Source of the DNA: Candidatus Woesebacteria bacterium RIFCSPHIGHO2_01_FULL_39_32 | GTDB taxonomy: Bacteria > Patescibacteriota > Microgenomatia > UBA8517 | Assembly: GCA_001792345.1 (NCBI GenBank) | Contig: MGGJ01000001.1 | Location: 153,710-217,709, forward strand | DNA length: 64,000 bases | Reading direction: 5' to 3' | Shown: piece after piece, positions 38,884 to 49,251 of the stretch | Position numbering within the stretch: position 1 is the stretch's first letter | How the letters are laid out: every line of letters starts with the position of its first letter | Notes under the pieces: model-generated | Told to the model about the DNA's origin: nothing | What the model saw: the letters and a program-made list of their open reading frames with translations, nothing else | Database searches by the model: none | Program-made: the position numbers and the translations under genes

Positions 38884-41051
38884 AGCATTACCTAATTCTT
38901 TTTGTTATATGCATAAGCTTAGTTCTCATCTGGTTTAGTAAAGGCTTAATCTTTGCAGGAGGAGAAGAGGGCATGCCCTTTTATAATTTGGAGTTGACTT
39001 ACCGCAACTATTCCTATGTTTGGAAAGATGCCGAAGGGGGAATTAGTAATTATTCAGATATATTAAGAGTTCCTAGTTTTTATATTCTTCAAAAATTATC
39101 GAGCATTGGCCTATCCTCGGTTTTAATTCAAGGAACATTTTTTTTGGCTTTAATGCTAATTGGTACTTTCTCAGTATTTTTTTTATTACAGGAAACCGTA
39201 GTTAAGGGTGCTTTAAAAGTAACTAAAGATACACCGTCATACAAAGATATTTCCTTAATTGGGTCTATCTTCTATCTTCTTAACCCTTTTGCTATGACTC
39301 AAGTTTGGGGAAGGGGCCTTTATATGCAGTATTATCCCTTTGCACTTATACCACTTTTTTTGCTTTTGTTTATTTTAGCATTGAAAACAAGAAATCTAAT
39401 TTTTGTAAGTTTGGCATTAGTTTCTTCGTTTATATTGGCAGGATCTTATGGACATTTAAGTTATGTGATTTCGCTTTGGGGCATAATTTTTGCATATCTA
39501 ATTTACTTTTGTATAAATAATAAAAGTAAAGAAGAGAGAACATTTTCGGTTAAAATATTTTTGCTCTTTGTGGTTGGTTGGATTTTTACAAATCTTTGGT
39601 GGATAATGCCATTTTCTTCTTCAATCAACACTTTTGCCCAAAATTACAGCGACATAGAACATAGTTTGGGTACTTTAATTGGAAACAGTCGAGAAATTCC
39701 ATTAAACGGAGTTTTGAGGTTAATGCATAACGGATTTGTCTATAAATGGAAAATTTACGGGGAGTCTTATTTAAATTTATTTTTTAAACTCATAAGCTGG
39801 TTTATTCCAATTATTTCGCTTTTTGCATTAAGGTCCTGTAAGAATATAAAATCGCTGAACTTTTATTTAGTACTCTTTTTGATCACCTTGTTTATAAGTT
39901 TGGGTTCTAATCCGCCATTGGGATGGTTATTCATTATCTTATTTAAGGCAATACCTCAAATGGTTCTTTACAGAAATCCATTTGAAAAAATTGGTATTTT
40001 ACTTACAATCGCATATGCTCCTTTATTCGCAGTAGGACTTGTCGAACTTTCTAAATTCATATCCAATAAGTTGAAGAAAAGCTTAGATTTTTTAAGAATA
40101 ACTCATATTTCTAATTTATTTATTCTTATTTCAATGATTTTAATTTTTGGTATTCATGCGTGGCCTATGTGGAAAGGAGTTTTTGCTGGTGGATATGTAA
40201 CTAATGTATGGATTAATGTTCCCAAATATTACAAACAAGCAAATAATTGGTTAAACGAAGAAACTGGAGAATTTAATCTTATTCACTTTCCCTTAGCTCC
40301 TGGTGACGGCATGAAATTTATTTGGCCGAATTACTTTCAAGGCGTAGTACCTTATGATTTTTTGTTTGATCGACCTTCGATATCTAAAAACACTTTCTTT
40401 AATAAAATTTATTATAACGTGTTGCTAGAGAGATTTGGAAAACTTGAGAAAGGGGCGTTTGGACCAGATCCAGATATTTCAAATTCTCAACTGAAAACTA
40501 AAGATTTATATGAAGGTCTACAAAAACTAAACGTAAGATATATTTTACTTCATAAAGATGTAGATCCTGTTATTGGAAATTTGGGCGATTACAGGTTGTA
40601 CGAAGAGATTCTTAAGAAAGAGGAAAATATCACAAAAATAATTAACTTCGGAGAAATTGATATTTATGAGGTAACCCCGCCAGAGAAAGTTGATTTAATT
40701 TTTACAAGTCAGGGAAAAGTTGATTTCGAGAAAATAAATCCGACAGAATATGTTGCTACATTAAAGGGTGTTAAGAAAGACGATAAATTAGTTTTGTTAA
40801 CTTTATATGATCCGAACTGGAGTTTATATGTGAATGGTATGGTTGCGGCTGATCATAATCGTTATTTTTCTTGGGCTAACTCTTGGACTTTAGATAAGCT
40901 TGGTGATTATTCGGTAACTATTAAGTATAAACCGCAAGAAAATGTGCAAAAAGGTTTCAGAATTTCTATTTTCTTGTTGAGCCTTTTATTGTTTACGACA
41001 TTTATTTACAGATGGAAAGAGAGAAGCGATAAATTACCTAAAAATGTTTGA
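38880..41051 (+). CDS. Polytopic GT-C protein (AftD/DUF3367- or YfhO-like)
   Basis: GGEEG after TM1, FYLLNP, N.WWI.P, G.NPP, YRNP.EK, VP.YY.....WL, C-terminal K.NPT.Y / YD..W / AN.W / Y.PQ. Confidence 0.7.
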   Translation: MKHYLILFVICISLVLIWFSKGLIFAGGEEGMPFYNLELTYRNYSYVWKDAEGGISNYSDILRVPSFYILQKLSSIGLSSVLIQGTFFLALMLIGTFSVFFLLQETVVKGALKVTKDTPSYKDISLIGSIFYLLNPFAMTQVWGRGLYMQYYPFALIPLFLLLFILALKTRNLIFVSLALVSSFILAGSYGHLSYVISLWGIIFAYLIYFCINNKSKEERTFSVKIFLLFVVGWIFTNLWWIMPFSSSINTFAQNYSDIEHSLGTLIGNSREIPLNGVLRLMHNGFVYKWKIYGESYLNLFFKLISWFIPIISLFALRSCKNIKSLNFYLVLFLITLFISLGSNPPLGWLFIILFKAIPQMVLYRNPFEKIGILLTIAYAPLFAVGLVELSKFISNKLKKSLDFLRITHISNLFILISMILIFGIHAWPMWKGVFAGGYVTNVWINVPKYYKQANNWLNEETGEFNLIHFPLAPGDGMKFIWPNYFQGVVPYDFLFDRPSISKNTFFNKIYYNVLLERFGKLEKGAFGPDPDISNSQLKTKDLYEGLQKLNVRYILLHKDVDPVIGNLGDYRLYEEILKKEENITKIINFGEIDIYEVTPPEKVDLIFTSQGKVDFEKINPTEYVATLKGVKKDDKLVLLTLYDPNWSLYVNGMVAADHNRYFSWANSWTLDKLGDYSVTIKYKPQENVQKGFRISIFLLSLLLFTTFIYRWKERSDKLPKNV

Positions 41052-42303
41052 TATAAAACAAATCCGTATCTTTGCTCTAGCTGCTTATGGAAAAGGACTT
41101 TCTGGGGGAGATAGGATTTTTATTGAATTTGCCAGACGTTGGAGTAAAAATTTTCCTGTGGAAATTTATGTTTGGAAAGAAGGAGCCAAAATGTTGGAAA
41201 GACAACATCTGGGTATTTTCAATTCACAATTTTCACTTTTTAATGCAAATAAAGATTACCGAAATTTAAAAGTTCACGTTTCGAAATTAAAAAACCTATG
41301 TAAATTAGGATTCTTATTTTGCTACCTTACCAGAATTATTGAAGGAATTCGTTTAGGACTTTCTTTAAAACTAATCACCAATCACCAATCACCAATTACT
41401 ATATACTCTGCATCAGAATTTTGGATGGATTCACTCCCCGCTTTCATATTAAAACTCAGATATCCGAAGATAACTTGGGCCGCATCGTGGTATCAAACTG
41501 CTCCCAACCCATTTCATGGATATTTAGAAAATGGACAACGTAGAAATAAATATTTTTTTAGCAGTCTCTTCTATTGGCTAATGCAACTACCGATAAAGCC
41601 GCTTATTTCAAGCTTTGCTGACTATGTTTTAGTAAATAACGAGGAAGAACGAAAGCAATTTTCCGATTTGAACAAAAAGGGTAGAATGATAGTGGTTTTG
41701 GGCGCGGTTCCACTTGAAGAAATTAATAAATTTTTAATTACTAATTCCAAACTATTAACTACTAAAGAATATGACGCTGTCTTTCAAGGACGCTTACACG
41801 CGCAAAAGGGAGTGGTTGAATTAATCGACATTTGGAAAAAAGTGGTTGAGATAAAACCGTTAGCAAAATTGGCGATGATTGGAGATGGTCCCTTGATGGG
41901 AAAGGTAAAGAAACGAATAACTATGAATAAACTAACTAATAACATTAAAGTTTTTGGGTATGTTTTCGACGGGCCCAAAAAATATAAAATATTTTCCAAA
42001 AGTAAGATTGTCGTGCATCCCGCATTTTATGATTCAGGTGGAATGGCATCTGCAGAAGCAATGGCTTTTGGATTACCATGCGTCGGCTTTAACTTAAAAG
42101 CGTATAAATCTTATTATCCTCAGGGTATGGTTAAGGTAGATATTGGAAACACAAATGCTTTTGCAAAAAAAATAATGGAATTATTAGAAAATTATTCTTT
42201 GCGTATAAAAATAGGTAGAGAAGCTAAGTACATGATAGAAGAAAACTGGTCGTGGGAAAAAAGAGCTAACGAAGTTTTGGAACGAATAACTACAAATAAA
42301 TGA
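41044..42303 (+). CDS. GT4 glycosyltransferase with in-frame heptamer-repeat inserts
   Basis: SGGD, GRL..QKG, D..G...AEAMA.GLP. Confidence 0.85.
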   Translation: MFDIKQIRIFALAAYGKGLSGGDRIFIEFARRWSKNFPVEIYVWKEGAKMLERQHLGIFNSQFSLFNANKDYRNLKVHVSKLKNLCKLGFLFCYLTRIIEGIRLGLSLKLITNHQSPITIYSASEFWMDSLPAFILKLRYPKITWAASWYQTAPNPFHGYLENGQRRNKYFFSSLFYWLMQLPIKPLISSFADYVLVNNEEERKQFSDLNKKGRMIVVLGAVPLEEINKFLITNSKLLTTKEYDAVFQGRLHAQKGVVELIDIWKKVVEIKPLAKLAMIGDGPLMGKVKKRITMNKLTNNIKVFGYVFDGPKKYKIFSKSKIVVHPAFYDSGGMASAEAMAFGLPCVGFNLKAYKSYYPQGMVKVDIGNTNAFAKKIMELLENYSLRIKIGREAKYMIEENWSWEKRANEVLERITTNK

Positions 42304-43250
42304 GACGAATAAAACATTTTGTATCTATTACTGATTTAACTAAAAAAGAAATTAATCTTGTCCTTCAAATTTCCTCAAGTCTCAAAAGACAATTAAAGAA
42401 AAAAGGGAGCAACAAAGATTATTTAAAAAATAAAGTATTGGGAATGATTTTTGAAAAACCATCTCTGCGTACAAGAGTTTCATTTGAGGCAGGAATGACT
42501 CAAATGGGAGGACATGCAATTTATCTTGCGCCCGGGGATATTGATTTGGGTAAAAGAGAGCCTGTGAAAGATGTTTCTCAGGTTTTATCAAGGATGGTTG
42601 ATATTATTATGGCTCGAACTTTTCTTCATACTACCATAGAAGAGCTAGCTAAGTATTCAAGTGTTCCTGTTATTAATGCTTTGTCGGAACAAGAGCATCC
42701 TTGTCAGATTTTAGCTGATTTATTAACTATAAAAGAAAAGAAAGGAAAATTAAAAGGTATTAAGTTAGCATTTGTTGGTGATGGCGAAAATAATGTAACT
42801 CATTCTTTAGCTTTAGCCTCAGCAATTTTTGGAATGGATTTTCGGGTAGCAACACCTCCTGGTTTTGAAATGCAAAGCATCATTTTAGAAAAGGCAAAAG
42901 CAATTGCAAGTAAGAGCGGTGGACTAATTATAGAGACAGATAAACCCGAAGAAGCTGTAAAAGGAGTCGACATTGTCTACACAGATACATGGGTTTCTAT
43001 GGGTGATGAGTCTGAGAAAGACAAGCGTATAAAAGCTTTTAAAGGATATCAAGTAAACACTAGATTGATGAATTTTGCAAAAAAGGATGCAATATTTATG
43101 CATGATATGCCTGCCTATAGGGGTTATGAGGTTAGTGAAGAAGTTATTGAAGGAAAGCAATCTATAATAATCAATCAAGCAGAGAATAGACTACATGTTC
43201 AGAAGGGTTTGATTTGTTTTCTCCTACGTACTACCATCAATACATCATGA
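42300..43250 (+). CDS. argF: Ornithine carbamoyltransferase
   Basis: FEKPSLRTRVSFE, HPCQILADL.T, GDG.NN, YTDTWVSMG, H.MPA.RG.EV, QAENR.H.QK. Confidence 0.9.
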   Translation: MRRIKHFVSITDLTKKEINLVLQISSSLKRQLKKKGSNKDYLKNKVLGMIFEKPSLRTRVSFEAGMTQMGGHAIYLAPGDIDLGKREPVKDVSQVLSRMVDIIMARTFLHTTIEELAKYSSVPVINALSEQEHPCQILADLLTIKEKKGKLKGIKLAFVGDGENNVTHSLALASAIFGMDFRVATPPGFEMQSIILEKAKAIASKSGGLIIETDKPEEAVKGVDIVYTDTWVSMGDESEKDKRIKAFKGYQVNTRLMNFAKKDAIFMHDMPAYRGYEVSEEVIEGKQSIIINQAENRLHVQKGLICFLLRTTINTS

Positions 43251-44866
43251 AACCTAAAAAACGGGGAGTTTCTACTGTCATTCCCAGTTTTAACAATTCT
43301 TTAAAATTATTTCGCCTTATCAATTCGCTGAAAAAAACAACCTATAGACCTCTCGAAGTAATTGTTGTAGATAATAGTTCAACCGAAGCCATGATAAAAC
43401 AGGGGAGGAAAAAATTCCCCTGGGTTAAATGGGTTGATGCTGGAAGAGAGAATGTCGGGCAAACAGGTTCATACAATCTAGGTTTCGCTCATGCAAATCC
43501 ACAAAACCACATTCTTTTTTGTGATGAGGACGTTGTGGTTGACCCTTCTATGGTGAGTAATCTAGTGAAGCGCGCGGAGACTAAAAAAAATATAGGTATA
43601 GTAACACCAATGATTTTGTATTTGGATGATAAAGAATGGGTAAATCAGGCCGGATCTGAAGTTAATCTTTTGACGGGGCAAGTAAAAATTGGCTGGGGTC
43701 CAAAAGAAGACTTTCTTGAGGCAAGAAAAGTGCAAGGTTCTGGAACAGTAATGCTTTTTAAGAGATCAGTTCTAGATAAGATTGGAGGCTTTGAGGATTG
43801 GTTTTTATGTTATTTTGACCCCGAGTATTGTGTTCGTGCACAAAAGGCGGGTTTTGAAAATTGGTATGAGCCTAAAGCTATTTGTTACCATGATCAACCC
43901 AAGGACGATAAGCTATGGCGCCCAAGAGTTTTATCACGCGCTTACTTGCTCGGTAAAAATAGAACATTGTTTATGAGAAAGCACGGAAATGTTTTTGTTT
44001 ATACACTTTTCTTACCGATTCTTTTGGGATACTACCTTATTGAAGGTATAAGATTTGGAATATTTAGCAAATGGGTTGAAATAGTTATAGGTTCAATTGC
44101 TGGATATTTTTCTCCAATTTCAAAAGGAAACTTTATTCCTTTACCAAGTTCTCATGGATTAAAAAATAAAATGAGTGGTAAAACTTTAAGTTTCATACAC
44201 ACGCCGTCCATTGATGCATTCTTGTCAAAATTTACCCTACATATACCCTTTTCTTATTTATGGTTATACAAGCATTCCCTAGGAGATTCGAATACAATAC
44301 TTGATGTTGGGTGCGGTGACGGTCTTCTTATGAAACGGCTATCCGAGGGAGAAAGTTGGGAGATTACAGGAATTGATATCTATCAAAAAGGCTTATCGAA
44401 AGCAAAGAAAAAAAAAGTCTACAAAGAACTTATAAAGGGAGATGTCGTGAAAGTTTGTAGTGACTTAGTTCGAAAAAAAAAGAAGTACGAGAGCGTTTTT
44501 TGTTCTCAAGTTATCGAGCACATAAACAGAAAGGAAGGGTTTGAGCTCCTAGCTGTAATGGATAAACTGGCAAGTAAAAGAGTGGTTGTTGCAACTCCGC
44601 GTGGATTTATGAATCAACCCGAGGTATTTATTGGAGGTAACCCCTACCAATATCACAAGTCTGGTTGGACCATTGAAGATTTCAAAAGCAGGGGGTTTAG
44701 GGTATATGGGCTGGGTTTAAAATTGAGTTGGTCTGAGAAGGGCTTAAGCAGAAGTAATAATAATCTAGTTGTAATATTATCTGTGATAACGTCATTCATT
44801 CTATCCCCTCTGGTTTATTATTTCCCAAACTTATCCGCAGGTGTTTTGTGTATTAGAGATAAATGA
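43247..44866 (+). CDS. GT2 glycosyltransferase fused to a C-terminal class I methyltransferase
   Basis: GT2: VVDN.S, DED; MTase: ILDVGCGDG, SQVIEH, ATP.G; ATG 43247 overlaps the argF stop (ATGA). Confidence 0.85.
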   Translation: MKPKKRGVSTVIPSFNNSLKLFRLINSLKKTTYRPLEVIVVDNSSTEAMIKQGRKKFPWVKWVDAGRENVGQTGSYNLGFAHANPQNHILFCDEDVVVDPSMVSNLVKRAETKKNIGIVTPMILYLDDKEWVNQAGSEVNLLTGQVKIGWGPKEDFLEARKVQGSGTVMLFKRSVLDKIGGFEDWFLCYFDPEYCVRAQKAGFENWYEPKAICYHDQPKDDKLWRPRVLSRAYLLGKNRTLFMRKHGNVFVYTLFLPILLGYYLIEGIRFGIFSKWVEIVIGSIAGYFSPISKGNFIPLPSSHGLKNKMSGKTLSFIHTPSIDAFLSKFTLHIPFSYLWLYKHSLGDSNTILDVGCGDGLLMKRLSEGESWEITGIDIYQKGLSKAKKKKVYKELIKGDVVKVCSDLVRKKKKYESVFCSQVIEHINRKEGFELLAVMDKLASKRVVVATPRGFMNQPEVFIGGNPYQYHKSGWTIEDFKSRGFRVYGLGLKLSWSEKGLSRSNNNLVVILSVITSFILSPLVYYFPNLSAGVLCIRDK

Positions 44867-45807
44867 AAGAGAAGATTTCAGCAATCATAGTTACGATGAA
44901 TCGAAAGGAAGAATTAATTGAGTGCATTGATTCTTTGGTCGAATCGAAGTGTAATTTTTTTGAAATAATAGTTGTTGATAATGGCTCAATTGTTCCAACC
45001 TCGCGCTTTTTAAAAAGAAAGTACCCTAAACTGAAGATAATTCGAAGTGAAGAAAATGTTGGAGCGGCTGCAGGGAGAAATATTGGTATTAAGAATGCAA
45101 AAGGGAACTATTACTTTTTCATGGACGATGATGCAAGGATAGATAAAAATGCAATTTGCGAAATGCTCAAACTCTTTAAGTTTAAAAAGAGTATAGGGAT
45201 TGTACAACCAAAAGTTTATGATAAGGACAAACCCGACATTTTGCAGGGAGTTGGACATACGATTAATCTTTTAACTGGTCGGGCGAAAGCCTGGGGAGTA
45301 ATGGAAGAAGACAAGGGTCAGTACGATTTAGATCGAGAGATTCCCATGACAGGAGGAATATGTTTGGTTAAACGAAAAGTAATCGATGATATAGGGATGT
45401 TTGATGAAGATTATTTTATACCTTATGAAGACTCCGATTTATGCATCCGCGCAATAAAAGCTGGATATAAAGTTTATTGTTCAGGAAGTGCTAAGTCCTG
45501 GCATCAGGGCAAGAAACAAACTGCCGTTAACCCTCGGTTGGAATGGATGGGTGTAACTACTCCTGAAAGGGCATATCGAATAGCCAGAAACAAAATGATG
45601 TTTTTAAGAAAGCATGCGCCTCACTCCAAGTTAATGGTTTTTCTTATTTTCATTCTACCGTTCTACGCTATAGCCCATTCCGCTATTATTGTAAGTTCAA
45701 AAAGATGGGATATATTGAGTAGTTATTGGAAAGGTTTGTTTGCCGGCCTTTTATACTTTACAACTTATAGAGAAAAACCTACTTCTTTTTATATGTATTT
45801 GTTTTAA
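44863..45807 (+). CDS. GT2 glycosyltransferase
   Basis: VVDNGS, N.GAA.GRN.G, MDDD, FDE.YF..YED.DL. Confidence 0.9.
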   Translation: MKEKISAIIVTMNRKEELIECIDSLVESKCNFFEIIVVDNGSIVPTSRFLKRKYPKLKIIRSEENVGAAAGRNIGIKNAKGNYYFFMDDDARIDKNAICEMLKLFKFKKSIGIVQPKVYDKDKPDILQGVGHTINLLTGRAKAWGVMEEDKGQYDLDREIPMTGGICLVKRKVIDDIGMFDEDYFIPYEDSDLCIRAIKAGYKVYCSGSAKSWHQGKKQTAVNPRLEWMGVTTPERAYRIARNKMMFLRKHAPHSKLMVFLIFILPFYAIAHSAIIVSSKRWDILSSYWKGLFAGLLYFTTYREKPTSFYMYLF

Positions 45808-45809
45808 CT

Positions 45810-48524
45810 ATGAGACAAACAAAGAGACAAACAAAAAAACCTTCAGTTTCAGTTGTCATTGTAACGAAAGACAGGAATGACGATCTGAAAGAGTGTATTT
45901 TATCTTTTACAAAATCTACATATCAACCTTTGGAGATAATTGTTGTTGATAATGGCTCGGAAAATCCTGTAGGTCCTCTGTTAAAAAAGAAATTTCCAAA
46001 GGTAAAGGTTATTGTGAATGGAGAAAATGTCGGGGCGGCCGAGGGAAGAAATATTGGGTTAAGGAGTTCAAAAGGAGAATTTATATTGTTTTCGGATGAC
46101 GACGCCATTGTGGGTAAGGACATGGTTTCTAATCTCGTTGACGTATTTAGTAGTAGAAAAGACGCAGGAATTGTTCAACCCGTTATTTTTGATAAGAAAA
46201 AAAGAAATATTTTCCAAGGCGCAGGACATGATATCAACTTCATAACAGGAAGAATTAAACCCTGGGGAATAGATATGTGGGGAAGAGGTGAAAAAAATAT
46301 TGGTCAATATAAGGGAATAAGGGAAGTGCCGATGTGCGGTTGTGTTTGGATGGTAAAACGAGAAGTTTTCGAGAAAATAGGGGAATACGATAAGGATTAT
46401 TTTATACCGTATGAAGATTCTGACTTATCTATTCGAGCAAAAAGGGCAGGATATAAACTTTATTGTAGTTACAACGCAAAAAGCTACCATCCCATTAATA
46501 AAAAAAGTACGTTGCCGCGTTTAATACAATTTTTGGGAATAACTTCAACAGAACGCGCCTTTCGGGTTTCAAGAAGCAAATTAATATTTATGAAAAAGCA
46601 CTCTCTCTTTCCTAATAATGTACTATTCTTTACCATTTTCCTCCCTTTGTTAATCTCTACTCATAGTTTGATGATATTACTATCTGGAAGATTAAATATA
46701 TTAGTCAGCTACTGGAAAGGTATTTTTTCAGGCTTTAATTATATTTTCAGTAACTTAAGTAAGCTGTCGAAATACACGATTCTATTATTAACAGCTCTAA
46801 TATTTACTTATCTTTCAGTCAGACCATCTTTTGATCTGGCAATCTTTGGTGATGACTGGATTGTATTTTATGGTTTGGATAATCGCAGCGACACGGGAGA
46901 TCTGCTCGACCCCACACTGATAAAAAATTATTTCGGCCCGTATGCACTACCTCATTTTATTATGGGTGCCATTCGGTCAATTTGGGGATACGAATCTTTT
47001 TATTATTATTTTATCTCCTTTCTGACACGCGCCTTTGCCGCCTTCAGCTTGGGTGCTCTGATGTTGTTTATTTCAAATAGTCTCTTGACAGCAGTTTTAA
47101 CTGGGGTACTTTTTGCCGTATCGACAGCTGGAATGGAAACTACGAACTGGGTTTTTAATATGACCACATATCTTGCAGTATCAATCTTTGCTTATAGTCT
47201 TATGGTATTATTTTCATCAAAAAATAATTCCAGAAAGTTTCTTCTTAGTACATTACTATTTCTTTTATCAATATTATTTTTTCCGCAACGCATGCATGGG
47301 GCGATACTCTTATATTCATTATTTATTGCCCTTCTATTTGTACAGAAACCTTCTTACCATAGCCTGTTATCGGTATTTATCAAATATGGCATTCTTGCTT
47401 TAGGGATACTTTTCCTTGCACGTTTGAATACATTTGGTGGTTCTGGAGATTGGAAGTGGTTTATGGGTGAAGTAGTAAAGGATATAAGGACACTTCCGTC
47501 GTATTCTTGGACAACTCTATTCGGGTCTATTACAAATCTTTATATACCTCATCATTTTTGGTCTAATCCCAGCTTGGTCCCATTATTAACATCTTTTTTG
47601 GGGGGTTCGACAGTATTACCTCGAATGAGATATATACTTGGATTTTTTCTTGCTGCTACCTTTTTTATTTCTTTAATAAAAAGAGATAGAAAGGTACTTT
47701 ATTTAATACTTAACGTTTTGTTTATAGCAATTTGGCACCTGTATTTTAAAAGATTGATAATTGATCAGACTTCCATTTATCATAATACTGCCACCATATT
47801 ACCTACCTACCTAGGAGCATTTGTTTTTAGTTGGATTTTTTTCCACCTAATAACGTTACGGAAAAATAGCAATAATTTCCTTGTTTTTGCCACTTTATTT
47901 TCTTTTCCATACTTATTTATTTTGGTTCCTTGGCTAAGAAGCAGATTCTCGATCATGGATACGCCATTTCGTTATATGCTGGTTCCGGCTACGGGCATGC
48001 CATTAATTTTTGGTCATATTCTTTGGAAAGCACAAAAGACAGCGAGGATTTTAATGATTCTATTTGTATTTGCTTTAGTATATTTGAATTACAACTATAC
48101 TCAAAAATACTTTAATAATTTGTTAGAGGTAAGGAATACGGTATTATATGACTCGTTGTGGAAACAGTTTGGTGAATTGACAATTGGCTTTAGGCCCTCG
48201 AAAGATTTTGCAGTTTTTTATTTCGAGGGGAATGGAGGAATAATTTATAATGTCTTTTCTTTCGGCTTTATGCCCAAACTCGCTGTTTTGCATAATATTT
48301 CTGAGGAAAATAAAGACTTTCTACCTCTTATCTACGATGACATAATGTTGACTGTAGAGGTGATGAATAAAGGCTATGGTCCAGGGAGGCCGGTGCCACC
48401 TGATAAATTCTATGCCTTCAGAATAGAGAATGGACAGCTTATTGATATTAAAAAAGACGTAATGCCAAAACTTAGATCTCTTGGATATTCGTATAATAAT
48501 AGTATGGAGATCCAAAAAGAGTAA
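45810..48524 (+). CDS. GT2 domain fused to a polytopic GT-C-like domain
   Basis: First ~315 aa are paralogous to 44863..45807; the remainder has GDDW after a TM, many TMs and a C-terminus like 28028..29965. Confidence 0.8.
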   Translation: MRQTKRQTKKPSVSVVIVTKDRNDDLKECILSFTKSTYQPLEIIVVDNGSENPVGPLLKKKFPKVKVIVNGENVGAAEGRNIGLRSSKGEFILFSDDDAIVGKDMVSNLVDVFSSRKDAGIVQPVIFDKKKRNIFQGAGHDINFITGRIKPWGIDMWGRGEKNIGQYKGIREVPMCGCVWMVKREVFEKIGEYDKDYFIPYEDSDLSIRAKRAGYKLYCSYNAKSYHPINKKSTLPRLIQFLGITSTERAFRVSRSKLIFMKKHSLFPNNVLFFTIFLPLLISTHSLMILLSGRLNILVSYWKGIFSGFNYIFSNLSKLSKYTILLLTALIFTYLSVRPSFDLAIFGDDWIVFYGLDNRSDTGDLLDPTLIKNYFGPYALPHFIMGAIRSIWGYESFYYYFISFLTRAFAAFSLGALMLFISNSLLTAVLTGVLFAVSTAGMETTNWVFNMTTYLAVSIFAYSLMVLFSSKNNSRKFLLSTLLFLLSILFFPQRMHGAILLYSLFIALLFVQKPSYHSLLSVFIKYGILALGILFLARLNTFGGSGDWKWFMGEVVKDIRTLPSYSWTTLFGSITNLYIPHHFWSNPSLVPLLTSFLGGSTVLPRMRYILGFFLAATFFISLIKRDRKVLYLILNVLFIAIWHLYFKRLIIDQTSIYHNTATILPTYLGAFVFSWIFFHLITLRKNSNNFLVFATLFSFPYLFILVPWLRSRFSIMDTPFRYMLVPATGMPLIFGHILWKAQKTARILMILFVFALVYLNYNYTQKYFNNLLEVRNTVLYDSLWKQFGELTIGFRPSKDFAVFYFEGNGGIIYNVFSFGFMPKLAVLHNISEENKDFLPLIYDDIMLTVEVMNKGYGPGRPVPPDKFYAFRIENGQLIDIKKDVMPKLRSLGYSYNNSMEIQKE

Positions 48525-48527
48525 GTA

Positions 48528-49220
48528 ATGTATATGTTGAAATCAAAAAAATCATCACCTGGCACAAATTTTAATCATTACCTATTTACTCTGAAATTAT
48601 GGCTAGACTCACGCGTTGAACCAATATGTAGAGTTATCGATAAATCGGCCGAAAGTATTTTAGACGTAGGTTGTGGTCAAGGTTATCCGATGAGGCTCAT
48701 CAGATTAGTAATGGAACCGAAGAAAGTTGTAGGAGTTGACCTTTTTAACGAATATATTGAAGAAGCAAAATCCGCGCATTTACATGATAAGTATGTCATA
48801 TCAGATATTCGGAAGTTGAAATTTCCAAAAAAAAGTTTCGATGTCGTTCTTGCATCGCAAGTTATTGAACACTTGCCTAAAAAGGATGCAAGAAAATTTA
48901 TTAAAGATTTAGAGCGGATTGCAAAAAAGCAAGTAATTATTGCAACACCAATAGGGGAGATGTATCATCCTGCGGTAGATGATAATGAATTGCAACTTCA
49001 TTTATCAAATTACTATCCTGAATATTTTGAAAAGTTAGGATACAGGATTCTAAAATATGGTAGAAAATCTTTATTGGGGGACCACGGATTAGTTCATAAA
49101 ATTCCTAATGGGATATTGAGAAAATGCCTTTTTCTTTTCAATATTCTTATAAGTCCTTTCTATTATGTCTTCCAACCGATTGCGGATTATTATTTTGTGG
49201 CCTACAAGACGTTTAAATAA
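48528..49220 (+). CDS. Class I SAM-dependent methyltransferase
   Basis: ILDVGCGQG, SFDVV..SQVIEH, ATP.G; paralog of the MTase domain in 43247..44866. Confidence 0.9.
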   Translation: MYMLKSKKSSPGTNFNHYLFTLKLWLDSRVEPICRVIDKSAESILDVGCGQGYPMRLIRLVMEPKKVVGVDLFNEYIEEAKSAHLHDKYVISDIRKLKFPKKSFDVVLASQVIEHLPKKDARKFIKDLERIAKKQVIIATPIGEMYHPAVDDNELQLHLSNYYPEYFEKLGYRILKYGRKSLLGDHGLVHKIPNGILRKCLFLFNILISPFYYVFQPIADYYFVAYKTFK

Positions 49221-49251
49221 ATTATTTTACCCATTTAGTAAATTCAAATAT

